Part shown: positions 11,490 to 21,014 of the stretch, in pieces
Layout: each line of letters begins with the position of its first letter
How positions within the stretch are numbered: the first letter of the stretch is position 1
DNA from: Microcoleaceae cyanobacterium
Lineage (GTDB): Bacteria > Cyanobacteriota > Cyanobacteriia > Cyanobacteriales > Microcoleaceae
Assembly (NCBI GenBank): GCA_051652765.1
Contig: JBOFUV010000100.1
Location: 1-53,908, forward strand
Reading direction: 5' to 3'
DNA: 53,908 bases
Translations under genes and position numbers: made by a program
The notes under the pieces: generated by a model
The model's input: only the letters and a program-made list of their open reading frames with translations
Database searches by the model: none
What the model was told of the DNA's origin: nothing

Positions 11490-12299
11490 CTATTCGTCTA
11501 TGAGCAGGTCTTCAACACTTACCAACAACCGCAGCAACGTATCCAAATCACTGATCTCACCAATGATGCGGCGCACAGGTCTAGGCCAGACTTTGATTAA
11601 GGTTGGAGTTGCTGAAATTTGATCGGCCTCAGCTTGTTCAGGATGCTTCAGAACATCAATCACTTTCAAGGTATAGGGATGGTGATCTAGCTGCTCTAGC
11701 AATTGATGCAAGGTTTTCAAGGTTCGTTCAGCCGCTAAATTATGACCTGAAACAAATAATCTTAGAACATAGCCTTGGGTTTTGGGAGTTTCTATCGGCA
11801 TAGACAAGGAACCCTCTCTAGGGAGTGGTTGCGCCTGCGAGGTAACCTTTTGTTTTCTAAAACTATGGGTGTCTAGGTCTTGCAGGCAGATCACTAGGTC
11901 ATGATTTTCCCAAAGCTGAAAAAATTGCTCGTAGTGAGCAGCAATGATCAGCGGATGACAAACTTCTTTCGCATCTGAGACGGGCTGCCAAACCAGACCT
12001 TCTGTTCCAAAAACAGCATTGAGTAAAGACTGATATCGAAGGGTTGGAGGGTAAGCCCCGGCAGACTGCCTCACGGTTTGAGTCTTTGGATCGAGCCATC
12101 GGTCAAAGGTCGCCGTGTAGCAGGGAACTAGAAAATGCGGAACTTCAGGTAAACTCAAAATCTCCTGAAGCGCGGCACATAGCTGCAGATGCCAACGAGC
12201 TTGCTTACTGGGATCAATGCAGTAAACAAGGTCTCCCCCTGGAGTGAAAAGGGCGATCCCTTTAAATAGACTGGGCAAGCTCAATGACGTGAGATCCAA
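11490..12299 (-). CDS. Long KaiB-domain protein
   Basis: C-terminal YVLRLFVSG...LKVIDVLKHPEQAE...ATPTLIKVWPRPVRRIIG KaiB domain preceded by about 170 aa of extra sequence. Confidence 0.88.
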   Translation of the reverse strand: MDLTSLSLPSLFKGIALFTPGGDLVYCIDPSKQARWHLQLCAALQEILSLPEVPHFLVPCYTATFDRWLDPKTQTVRQSAGAYPPTLRYQSLLNAVFGTEGLVWQPVSDAKEVCHPLIIAAHYEQFFQLWENHDLVICLQDLDTHSFRKQKVTSQAQPLPREGSLSMPIETPKTQGYVLRLFVSGHNLAAERTLKTLHQLLEQLDHHPYTLKVIDVLKHPEQAEADQISATPTLIKVWPRPVRRIIGEISDLDTLLRLLVSVEDLLIDE

Positions 12300-12496
12300 A
12301 TCATGAAACTCACTCGCTGTCTAAAGCAAATCTGCAAGCATGAGGAGCATTGGATTCCTAATTTCCTCATATTGTTCACTCTATTCCAAGTTTGGGACTA
12401 AGCCATCTAAATTTCACACTTTTCTTGGACTCACGGCTGAAGTTCACTCCAAGCCTTCTAGTCTTTCCGACCCAACAAAACCTGTGCCCCGTTGCC

Positions 12497-13729
12497 CTAG
12501 ACCCGTCCTCGTAACATCTGACTCATCTCGTTCGGGTAGGGGGACATGTCTAAACAGGTTTCTTCGGTAATTTGGCCCGCTTGATACAGAGAATAGAGAG
12601 ATTTATTCATCGTGGTCATGCCTTCATAGGTATCCTTGAGCATGATTTGGTTGATCTCTTCATACTGGTCTTTGACAATGTATTCCTTGATGACATCGGT
12701 ATTAATCAGAATGTCATGAAAGGCAGCCCGTTTGCCATCGGTCGTTTTGCACAAAAGCTGAGCGATAATTGCCACCAGGGTTTCAGCGATCGAAACTTTG
12801 ATAGAATACTGCTCTTCAGCAGAAAACATATCCAGAATTCGAGTCAACGTCTTAATCGCACTGTTGGTATGGAGAGTTCCCGCGACTAAGTGACCGGTTG
12901 ATGCCGCCTTGAGCGCAATCTGCATAGTATCTTTGTCTCGAATCTCACCCACTAGCATCATATCTGGGTCTTGACGTAGGGCTCCTTTGAGGGCATTAAA
13001 AAATTTCAGCGTGTGTCGCCCAACTTCTCGGTGCTTGATTAGGCAGCGCTGACTCTTGTGAACAAATTCCACCGGGTCTTCAATCGTAATAATATTGTAG
13101 GCAAAATTTTTGTTCATGTAGTCAATCATTGCAGCCAGAGTTGTGGATTTACCAGAACCTGTAGGCCCAGTGATCAACAACAAACCTTTATGATAATGGC
13201 AAACTTTCTTAAAGACTTCTGGCAGTTTGAGCTGTTCAAGGGTCAAAATTGTTGAACCGATTAAGCGCAGCACCATAGAAGGCCCACTCAGAGAGTCAAA
13301 AATGCTGATCCGAATTCGCACAAAGCCCAAATCCGCAGCTCCATCAAAGTCAAGATGATCCTGGAACTGCCGAATTTCATCATTCGTGAGGATTTCACGC
13401 AACCAAATCATAAAGGTATTCAGATCAGTCTCAGGCAACTCAAGGGCAGAAATATCGCCCCGAATTCGGAAGCGAGGGGGTTCTCCTACTCCCAAATGCA
13501 CATCTGATGCTCCTTCATCATTAGCCCGCTTAACAATTTCTCTCAACGTCAGATGCCCAGCTGGGTTGGAGCCTGTGGATGTAACCGTTGCTACCCCTGA
13601 TTGACTGCTCATCTGAGAAACTCCATTCTCATCAGCACCAGCCGGAAGTGGGGGAGCTTTGGGTGCTGGGGGACGGGGAACGCCAGGGGTGGGAGGACGG
13701 GGAACAGGGGGACGGGACGATTGGGTCAT
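12497..13729 (-). CDS. pilT2: Type IV pilus retraction ATPase, PilT2 type
   Basis: GPTGSGKSTT, TIEDPVE, ALRQDPD, GEIRD and TGHLVAGTLHT; Pro-rich N-terminus. Confidence 0.88.
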   Translation of the reverse strand: MTQSSRPPVPRPPTPGVPRPPAPKAPPLPAGADENGVSQMSSQSGVATVTSTGSNPAGHLTLREIVKRANDEGASDVHLGVGEPPRFRIRGDISALELPETDLNTFMIWLREILTNDEIRQFQDHLDFDGAADLGFVRIRISIFDSLSGPSMVLRLIGSTILTLEQLKLPEVFKKVCHYHKGLLLITGPTGSGKSTTLAAMIDYMNKNFAYNIITIEDPVEFVHKSQRCLIKHREVGRHTLKFFNALKGALRQDPDMMLVGEIRDKDTMQIALKAASTGHLVAGTLHTNSAIKTLTRILDMFSAEEQYSIKVSIAETLVAIIAQLLCKTTDGKRAAFHDILINTDVIKEYIVKDQYEEINQIMLKDTYEGMTTMNKSLYSLYQAGQITEETCLDMSPYPNEMSQMLRGRV

Positions 13730-13966
13730 AGCACGCTACCTCAGAGTCATTGATGATTGCTTTTGCTCAAGGACATTACTTAGTCTACCCCTGACTTCTT
13801 CAGACCGCAAAATTCCTGTAAAAATTTACTGTTAAGAGCAATTTTTCTAATCGCTCAGAAATGGGTGCAATTGGTCAGAAATTGGTCAGAAAAATATCAG
13901 CCCTGTAATTATCAACCTGTAATTTGTCAACCTGTAATTTATCAATGGGTAGAGGAGATGACAGCC

Positions 13967-15382
13967 ATGAATTCAACAGACTTAGCATTGACTTCTGCCT
14001 TGGAACAGGCCCAACTGATTCGCTCTCGACAGGTCTCGCCCTTGGAACTGACCGAGATGTATCTCAGCCGGATTGAACAGTTCAATCCCCAACTCGGCAG
14101 CTATTTTACCGTGATGGCTGATGCCGCGATCGCCCAAGCCCAAGCTCAAACTGAACAATTGACTCAACCAAACCAGACGGAACTCCCCCCATTCCTAGGA
14201 GTGCCAATTTCGATCAAAGATTTAAACCCAGTGGCCGGAGTTCGCTGTACCTATGGTTGTAAAGCCTTGATGCAACAGGAGGCAACCTATGATGATGGAG
14301 TCGTCAAGCGGATTCGTCAGGCTGGGTTTATCATTCTCGGTAAAACGGCAACGTCAGAAGTTGGCTCCTTGCCCTACACCGAACCGGAGGGGTTTCCTCC
14401 AGCCCGCAACCCTTGGAACTTAGACTATACGGCGGGAGGCTCCAGCGGGGGGGCGGCGGCGGCAGTTGCAGCAGGGTTATGTGCGGTGGCCCAGGGTTCG
14501 GATGGGGGCGGCTCCGTGCGAGGGCCTGCTTTTTGTTGCGGTTTAGTTGGAATTAAACCGTCCCGTGGCCGAGTGTCCCATGCCCCAGTCGGAGATTATC
14601 AAAACGGCATTTCAACCAATGGCCCGATCGCCCGTACTGTTGCTGATGCCGCCGCGTTACTGGATGTGATGGCAGGTTACATGATCGGAGATCCCTATTG
14701 GCTGCCCAACCCCGAGGTTTCCTTTCTAGAGTCAACCCAGCAACCATTAAAGCCCCTGAGAATTGCTATGACAACTACAGTGTCCCCGGTTGGTCAAGCC
14801 ACAGAGGATTGTGCTCAGGCCGTGCAACAAACGGCTCAACGTTTGGCAGCAATGGGCCATGAGGTGGAGTCAGCCTGTCCAGATTTTGCAGATTTGATTG
14901 ATCCGTTTGTGATGGTTTGGCGCTCTGGTGTGGGGGCTTCAGGCATCCCCAAAGAGGGGTTAACTCCCATGAATCGTTGGCTCGCAGAACAACCGGGATC
15001 AGCCGGGGAGTATCTCCGGGCCGTGTCTCAAATGCAAGTGATTGCCCGCAGAATTGTGCAGTTTTTTGAGCACTATGATGTTTTGCTGTTGCCCACCTAT
15101 ATGCATTCAGCGATTCGAGTGGGGGAATATGCTGACCTGTCTCCAGAAGAAACAGTGCAGAGGATGATCAACTGGATTGCTCCTTGTCCCCCCTTCAACG
15201 CCAGCGGCCAACCGGCGATCGCTTTGCCAACGGGACTTGATGCCAAGGGCTTACCTGTTGGCGTGCAGTTGGTCGGGCGACCTGCGGCTGAAACAACCTT
15301 GATTGCCTTGGCCGCTCAATTGGAAGCCCAGGGTGAGATCAATTTCAAGGACTGCCGTCCAGCCCTGTTTAGCAAGACTTAA
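13967..15382 (+). CDS. Amidase signature family enzyme
   Basis: PISIKDL, GGSSGG and GSDGGGSVR; GAGGAG at 13952 supports a start at 13967 (13958 is an alternative). Confidence 0.93.
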   Translation: MNSTDLALTSALEQAQLIRSRQVSPLELTEMYLSRIEQFNPQLGSYFTVMADAAIAQAQAQTEQLTQPNQTELPPFLGVPISIKDLNPVAGVRCTYGCKALMQQEATYDDGVVKRIRQAGFIILGKTATSEVGSLPYTEPEGFPPARNPWNLDYTAGGSSGGAAAAVAAGLCAVAQGSDGGGSVRGPAFCCGLVGIKPSRGRVSHAPVGDYQNGISTNGPIARTVADAAALLDVMAGYMIGDPYWLPNPEVSFLESTQQPLKPLRIAMTTTVSPVGQATEDCAQAVQQTAQRLAAMGHEVESACPDFADLIDPFVMVWRSGVGASGIPKEGLTPMNRWLAEQPGSAGEYLRAVSQMQVIARRIVQFFEHYDVLLLPTYMHSAIRVGEYADLSPEETVQRMINWIAPCPPFNASGQPAIALPTGLDAKGLPVGVQLVGRPAAETTLIALAAQLEAQGEINFKDCRPALFSKT

Positions 15383-15428
15383 AATCCCAATGTAAAACCG
15401 CAGGAGTTAGAATCCCAAGGGTTAGTGG

Positions 15429-18074
15429 CTAAGGCGAGATAAAATGGGCCCAAACGTTGCCATCTGGCCCAGCCACTTGATTGAGGTAGCCGTAAGAGTA
15501 CAGTAGCCTGCGACCATAGGTGCTGGTATAGCCCGAGTAAGCATCTCCCCAGGGATCATTCGCAATGTAGCCGCGACTATCGTAGCCCGTCAGGGTAATA
15601 ATATGACCGGATGGAATGATAAAGTCACCCGCCAAAACCACCGGACGGCGATTGAGCAACTCCTCCTTGATCTCATACCACTGTCGAGTAGTGTTGAAGC
15701 TGGTCTTGAACCCATACGCTTTAATCAAGGCTGTAAGGACGTTGTGTTCGGTGTAAGACCCTGCCCCGGCATAGTCCAGTGTCCATTGCAGCAACTCATC
15801 CTCCAACTGCCGCCCAAACCGAGGCCGAACTCCGTGGTAGGCCATCACCATGGCGATCGCCGTCACGTTACAGGTGGCCCAGGAATAGCGCGGATTATCC
15901 CGTTGTGAAAAGTAAGGGACATTGAGTTCTAGCTGAGGCGGAATTGGCGTTAGGGTTTGGCTGCCTGCTCGCAACTGCACATGGCCGGGAAAGACATAAC
16001 CCGTATTCCCAAAGTTCGGGAGTTCTTCCGTCAGGGCAACTCGAAGATGATTGGCTTCAACCCCATAGCTGTTGACCCCGTAAACCCGTCCCAAAGATAA
16101 GGTTGTTTTTTCATTGGCACTGAGTTTACTCGCGTCAACAGGTTGCTTTTTTAACACTGTGGTTGCCTGGATGGTCATCGTCAGGGCGTTGGGATTGAAG
16201 AGAATTTCCTTGCCCGCTCGAACCAACTGAACGTGTTGCCAGTAAATATACCCAACGTTGCCAAACCCCGGAATTGACTCAGCCAGAGTCACGCGAAAAT
16301 GTCCATCTGTGCTAGCATAGCCCCGAATTGCCAGGGTTTGACCCAATAACAGTGACGCATACTGGTTCGAGTTCAAGCTAGCAGTATCAACAGGCTGGGG
16401 CTTGATCGCGGTTGTTTTGATCACCAACAACTGAGCATTGGCCTCAGTGTTGGGGACTTCTTCAAGACTGAATTTGAGTTCTTCCTTACCTTTTTTCAAG
16501 CTGATGTGGCCAGGGAAAAAGTAACCAAAGTTGCCGACGGGAGGAATGCCGTTGTTGAGTAAAACCTTGAGATGGCTATCGAGTATGCCGTATCTTGAAA
16601 CGGCAAAGACTTGACCTGCGGTCACGGCAATTTTCTGATCTGATCTGAGTCCACCAGAATCTAGGGGAGCGACTTTGAACAGAGTATCTTTTGTAACCGT
16701 CAGGGTCAGAGACTCACCCACCGTTAAGGGATCTTTACTCACGGTAAGGTTAACGACTTGAGTTCCTACCAATTTTTCCTGGGGGTTAAAGGCCCGCAGC
16801 CGCAGCCAACGGTATCCGACTTCTTGAAACCCTTTGGGGAGAATAACTTCCCAGGTGCCCGTAGAGCGATTGAGCGTAACATTCAGCCCATATCGATCCT
16901 CCGCTTTCAGGGAAATCGTTTCCACCTTGCGCGAATCAAAGGTTCCTCGCAGGGTTGTGGGTTGGTTCACCAAAACCTCTGTAGGGCCGTTGTAGGTGAT
17001 GACCTCGGCGTCCGGCATGATCGGAACCCCTGCCTGGGTTACCTGGACAAAGTCAGGATAGACATAGCCTGTGTTGCCGAATCCAGGAAAGTTTTCGGTC
17101 AGGGCAACTTTGATATGCTCTTCCTCAAAGGCATAACTCTGTATCCCATAAATCATCCCTGGAGCTAGACTAATCTTGTCTGCATCAGAGAGATAGGCTG
17201 AATCTACGGGTCGCTTTTTGAAAAAAGTTGAATTCACAACCGTTAGGTTCAGGGCGTTGGTATTGTAAGGAATTTCTTGATTCTGTTGAAAAATTCTGAC
17301 GTGGTGGCGATAGAGGAAGCCAGAATTGCCAATTCCAGGAACTCTTTGGGTAGAAGAGACCCGAAAGTGGTTCTCCACACAGGCATAGCCCAAAATGGTG
17401 AAGATCCGACCTTGGGGGACGTTAACAAATTGATTGGGGGCTAATAGGGCAGAACTGCTGGGTTTGAGTTTGAATAAAGTGTCCGTTGTAATCCAGAGCA
17501 ACAGCGTTCCCGTCGGGGTTGGGGGTAGATCCGCTTGTTCAAACCACAGGATCTCTGACCCTTTGGCTATCGTAACGTGGTCTAAGAAGACATACCCAAC
17601 CTCTCCGACATTCGGTAGGGGTTTATTCAGATCAACTTGGAGATGATTGCCGACGACTTTGTAACGGTCAACTCCCAAAAATTCTCCGGCATTGATCTTG
17701 TACTTTTCCGTTGCGGTGAGCTTGGCGGAGTCAACGGGGGATTTTTTAAACAATGTGTCTTGTAGCGGAATCAGTCTAAAAGGTGAGCCAATGTTGATCC
17801 CTTCCCGTTCAACAGTCACCTCGAACACTTGATTGCTCACCGCTTGGTTCTGAGCATTTTTACCCTGGAGCCGGAACCAGCGTTTTCCTACAAGGTTGAA
17901 TCCTTTGTCTAAGCCGACATACCAGACTTTGGTGTTGGCGTTGAGGTTTACGGCGAGAGGGAATTTGTCCTCCGCCACCACTGACACAGTTTGAATTTTC
18001 TGCGGATCGTAAATTCCCGTCAGAACAATAGGCTGATCAACAACAACAGTTTTAGGGCCAAGAAAGCTAAGCAT
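15429..18074 (-). CDS. C39-like cysteine peptidase with repeated N-terminal domains
   Basis: C-terminal VPYFSQRDN, TCNVT (Cys), SGHII (His) and NDPWG; six T-x-(F/L/I)K-x-x-P-x-(D/S) repeats. Confidence 0.85.
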   Translation of the reverse strand: MLSFLGPKTVVVDQPIVLTGIYDPQKIQTVSVVAEDKFPLAVNLNANTKVWYVGLDKGFNLVGKRWFRLQGKNAQNQAVSNQVFEVTVEREGINIGSPFRLIPLQDTLFKKSPVDSAKLTATEKYKINAGEFLGVDRYKVVGNHLQVDLNKPLPNVGEVGYVFLDHVTIAKGSEILWFEQADLPPTPTGTLLLWITTDTLFKLKPSSSALLAPNQFVNVPQGRIFTILGYACVENHFRVSSTQRVPGIGNSGFLYRHHVRIFQQNQEIPYNTNALNLTVVNSTFFKKRPVDSAYLSDADKISLAPGMIYGIQSYAFEEEHIKVALTENFPGFGNTGYVYPDFVQVTQAGVPIMPDAEVITYNGPTEVLVNQPTTLRGTFDSRKVETISLKAEDRYGLNVTLNRSTGTWEVILPKGFQEVGYRWLRLRAFNPQEKLVGTQVVNLTVSKDPLTVGESLTLTVTKDTLFKVAPLDSGGLRSDQKIAVTAGQVFAVSRYGILDSHLKVLLNNGIPPVGNFGYFFPGHISLKKGKEELKFSLEEVPNTEANAQLLVIKTTAIKPQPVDTASLNSNQYASLLLGQTLAIRGYASTDGHFRVTLAESIPGFGNVGYIYWQHVQLVRAGKEILFNPNALTMTIQATTVLKKQPVDASKLSANEKTTLSLGRVYGVNSYGVEANHLRVALTEELPNFGNTGYVFPGHVQLRAGSQTLTPIPPQLELNVPYFSQRDNPRYSWATCNVTAIAMVMAYHGVRPRFGRQLEDELLQWTLDYAGAGSYTEHNVLTALIKAYGFKTSFNTTRQWYEIKEELLNRRPVVLAGDFIIPSGHIITLTGYDSRGYIANDPWGDAYSGYTSTYGRRLLYSYGYLNQVAGPDGNVWAHFISP

Positions 18075-18305
18075 CGTTCAATCCAAAGTGATGGTAGATC
18101 AGCAACAGCCGAGGCTGAAATGAATCAACTTAACAGGATAGTTCAAGAACGAGCCATCCTCTGCTACCAAGAATTACACAGGTAAGCATAACTTAGAACG
18201 AGATCAACAAAGCCGCCTCAGATCACTCTCTAGACGGCTGTCAGTTTGAAAAAAAAGTTAAGTTTTCTTAAGTTGGCTCCTAACTTAACGAAATTGGCAC
18301 GGTAC

Positions 18306-18740
18306 TTAGCTCATCTTTGCCAAAATGTCTTGGGCGTGAGTCCCCGTATTGACCTTGTCATCAATATAGCTAATCACGCCTTCACCATCAATGATGTAAG
18401 TTACGCGCTTGGGATAGCCACCGCCTTCAACATCATAGGCTTTGGTAATCACACCCTCGGTATCGGCCAGGAGTTGGAAAGGTAGGCCATATTTTTCCTG
18501 AAACAGTTTGTGGGATGCTTCATTGTCCATGCTAACGCCCAGCACCACCATATCTTTGCTCGTGTACTCTGCGTAATTGTCCCGAAAGCTCTGCGCTTCT
18601 TTGGTGCAACCGGGAGTATCGTCTTTTGGGTAAAAGTACAAAACAACCGTTTTTCCCTTGAAATCTGCAAGGGAAACGGTTTTCCCATCAGAATCCTTGA
18701 CCGTAAAGTCAGGAGCTTTTGTGCCGACAGATAATGCCAT
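18306..18740 (-). CDS. Peroxiredoxin Q / BCP
   Basis: VLYFYPKDDTPGCTKEA and RVTYIID. Confidence 0.94.
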   Translation of the reverse strand: MALSVGTKAPDFTVKDSDGKTVSLADFKGKTVVLYFYPKDDTPGCTKEAQSFRDNYAEYTSKDMVVLGVSMDNEASHKLFQEKYGLPFQLLADTEGVITKAYDVEGGGYPKRVTYIIDGEGVISYIDDKVNTGTHAQDILAKMS

Positions 18741-18828
18741 TGGTGAGTTGCCCTCCCTGAACGAAGTCAGCTTTAGATTGTCTTTACGAACTCATTTTAA
18801 GGGATTTTGGTTCAGTGAACCCAGAACC

Positions 18829-20637
18829 CTAAGATTTTAGCTGAAACTCATCAAATTTAATGACCGAGGAATCGGGTTTACGAGTATCAAAATAGTAGCT
18901 ACTGACCGTTCCAGAACCCGTGTTCAAAACACTGAATGCAGTAATTTCATTACTGGCAATGTAAGGCTGAGGGGCGTTATCTTTTCCCAGCAAGGGTTGC
19001 AAAGTTGGAACAACAGGTTCGAGTCCATTTGGATCGCCAACAGCACTGTACTCTTCCTGAAATGCGGGCGGAACAAATCGTCTTTTATTCCCTACAAACG
19101 CTCCGTAACTATTACCAACATTCGAAGATTCTAAAAAGTGCATTCCATTCTCACTCACAAACCGATTCCACAGGTGAGAATGCCCAAAATAGACAAGCTG
19201 AACTCCTGCTTTTTCCAACACAGGAATTACATCACGAATGATGTAATCCTCTTTTTTGGGATATTCATAGCGAATCATTTCAACATTGCCGCTAGCATCC
19301 CGATCAATGACTTGAATTGGATTAGTGTACGGGGGAACAATATTATCTCCCAAGGAATGGGGCGGATGATGGAACATCACAATTTTGTATTTTGCCCGCT
19401 GAAATTCAGGGCTACCCAGCTCCTTTTGCAGCCAATTATATTGTTCACTTCCTGTTTGAATGGGTTCAAAAATATGTTGGCCATAACCCCAATTTTCAAA
19501 TTTTTTAAAGTCTTGATCTTTTTCGCGATATCTTCCTCTGGCATCCTGTCCTAAACTTGGAACTCGCCAGATATTTGTGATGTATAAAGTCACAAGTCGA
19601 ATATCTCCAAATGTAACCGCGTAGTAATTCTTTCCATCTCCGGGCAGGGTGAAAATTTCGTTGTAAGTCTCCGAATTGAAAGTATTATTTTTCAGCCAGG
19701 TTTGATCGGGTTTGGAAACACTCTTAGGCTTATTGTTTTGTGAGGATTGAGCTTGAGTTTGCAGATACACTTTCTCGGCTAATACTTTAGGATAAGGATC
19801 ATTATATTGCTGATTGAGTCCCGTCTCCATGGAGAACCGTCCCATCACTTCATGGTTGCCAATAGCTGGAAATAGGGGAACATTTTGAATGAGTTCTCCC
19901 CCTTGATAACGAGTTTTTAGTCCTGCTTGCTCCAGTTCGTAACTGGCTCGACCTTGGAGACAAGGAAAAAATGCTCCACCTCGGTAATCATCAAACCATT
20001 CTGAAGCGCGATCGGGAATATTGACTAAATCTCCTGCCAAAAAAATAGCATCAAGCTGATCAATTGTTTCACCCACTTTCTGTAAATTTGCAGCCGTCAT
20101 TGGCATCAGTTGATGATCAGAAGTGAGCAGAATTTTTAAGGGGACTCCGGGTTGAGGTTTCGGAGCCAAAGTAAAGGTTTTGCTATTAATTTTTTGACCC
20201 GTTTCCGTCACACTTAAAACTTGATAAGGAACCCGATTTCCTGGCCTGAGTCCCTGAATTTCTGCTTCATGTCTCCAAACCTCTCGGATTACAGGTTTCG
20301 AGTAGATTTTATTTTCTTTTGTTTGGGCTCCAATTTTTGAATCTTGATCTTCCCGAGTGCGACTCAGCTTACTCGTGGTTGCTGAAACTGTTTGATCTAG
20401 ATTTTCACCATAGGCAACTGTATGTTCAGTACCGGGAAATTCTGTGAACCAAACAACGCGAACAGAGGTTTCTGTTGGCAATTGTAAAAAGGGATCAGTC
20501 AAGAGTTTGGGTTGAGGTAGTTGAGTCATCATCAGGAAAAATAACGTTGCAATAACTAAAATTAAAACCCCAAAAACCCAAGGGTTCCGAGGCGAATTGG
20601 ATGAACCTTGAGGCAACTCAAATGGGACTATGTCCAT
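18829..20637 (-). CDS. Membrane-anchored metallophosphoesterase (purple acid phosphatase-like)
   Basis: N-terminal TM helix, an FN3-like region, and SDHQ, GDLVN, GNHE and GHSH motifs. Confidence 0.9.
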   Translation of the reverse strand: MDIVPFELPQGSSNSPRNPWVFGVLILVIATLFFLMMTQLPQPKLLTDPFLQLPTETSVRVVWFTEFPGTEHTVAYGENLDQTVSATTSKLSRTREDQDSKIGAQTKENKIYSKPVIREVWRHEAEIQGLRPGNRVPYQVLSVTETGQKINSKTFTLAPKPQPGVPLKILLTSDHQLMPMTAANLQKVGETIDQLDAIFLAGDLVNIPDRASEWFDDYRGGAFFPCLQGRASYELEQAGLKTRYQGGELIQNVPLFPAIGNHEVMGRFSMETGLNQQYNDPYPKVLAEKVYLQTQAQSSQNNKPKSVSKPDQTWLKNNTFNSETYNEIFTLPGDGKNYYAVTFGDIRLVTLYITNIWRVPSLGQDARGRYREKDQDFKKFENWGYGQHIFEPIQTGSEQYNWLQKELGSPEFQRAKYKIVMFHHPPHSLGDNIVPPYTNPIQVIDRDASGNVEMIRYEYPKKEDYIIRDVIPVLEKAGVQLVYFGHSHLWNRFVSENGMHFLESSNVGNSYGAFVGNKRRFVPPAFQEEYSAVGDPNGLEPVVPTLQPLLGKDNAPQPYIASNEITAFSVLNTGSGTVSSYYFDTRKPDSSVIKFDEFQLKS

Positions 20638-20762
20638 GACTTAAAACTCTCAATCTCAATCTCATTGCTCAAATTTATATCAAATCTGATTAAAAGCCAC
20701 AATAGAGATAGAGGAAGTGGCAGGATAAAACGCTTAAATGGGTTCAAATTGAGGTTTGCCTG

Positions 20763-20858
20763 AACTTGGATAAACTTGAAACTGCAACTGCTCGTCGATG
20801 TCAAGCTTTGCTCAAACAGGCTGAACTATTCGAAGGGTTGACAAATTTCTACTGGTAA
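20763..20858 (+). mobile_element. Probable IS630-family transposase C-terminal remnant
   Basis: Hand translation NLDKLETATARRCQALLKQAELFEGLTNFYW* resembles cyanobacterial IS630 transposase ends (recalled pattern LDELE...RC..L......I.GLT.FHWW); no start codon. Confidence 0.5.
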
Positions 20859-21014
20859 GACGGAGTCCATAGGAAATTAACTAGATTTATTGCCAACTCT
20901 CTTTTCCTTGAGTCCTTCACCCTAGAATATAATTTGAGAAGCCATTAAGGAGGTGAACCAGATTGGCTACTCCTTAGTTTACCTATCTTAAGCCAATTTT
21001 TTAAAGGATGACTG

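Noticed and set aside
13865..13966. N-terminal extension of the amidase ORF
   Set aside because: It is translated tandem-repeat DNA (AATTGGTCAGA x2, CCTGTAATTTRTCAA x3); the RBS points to 13967.
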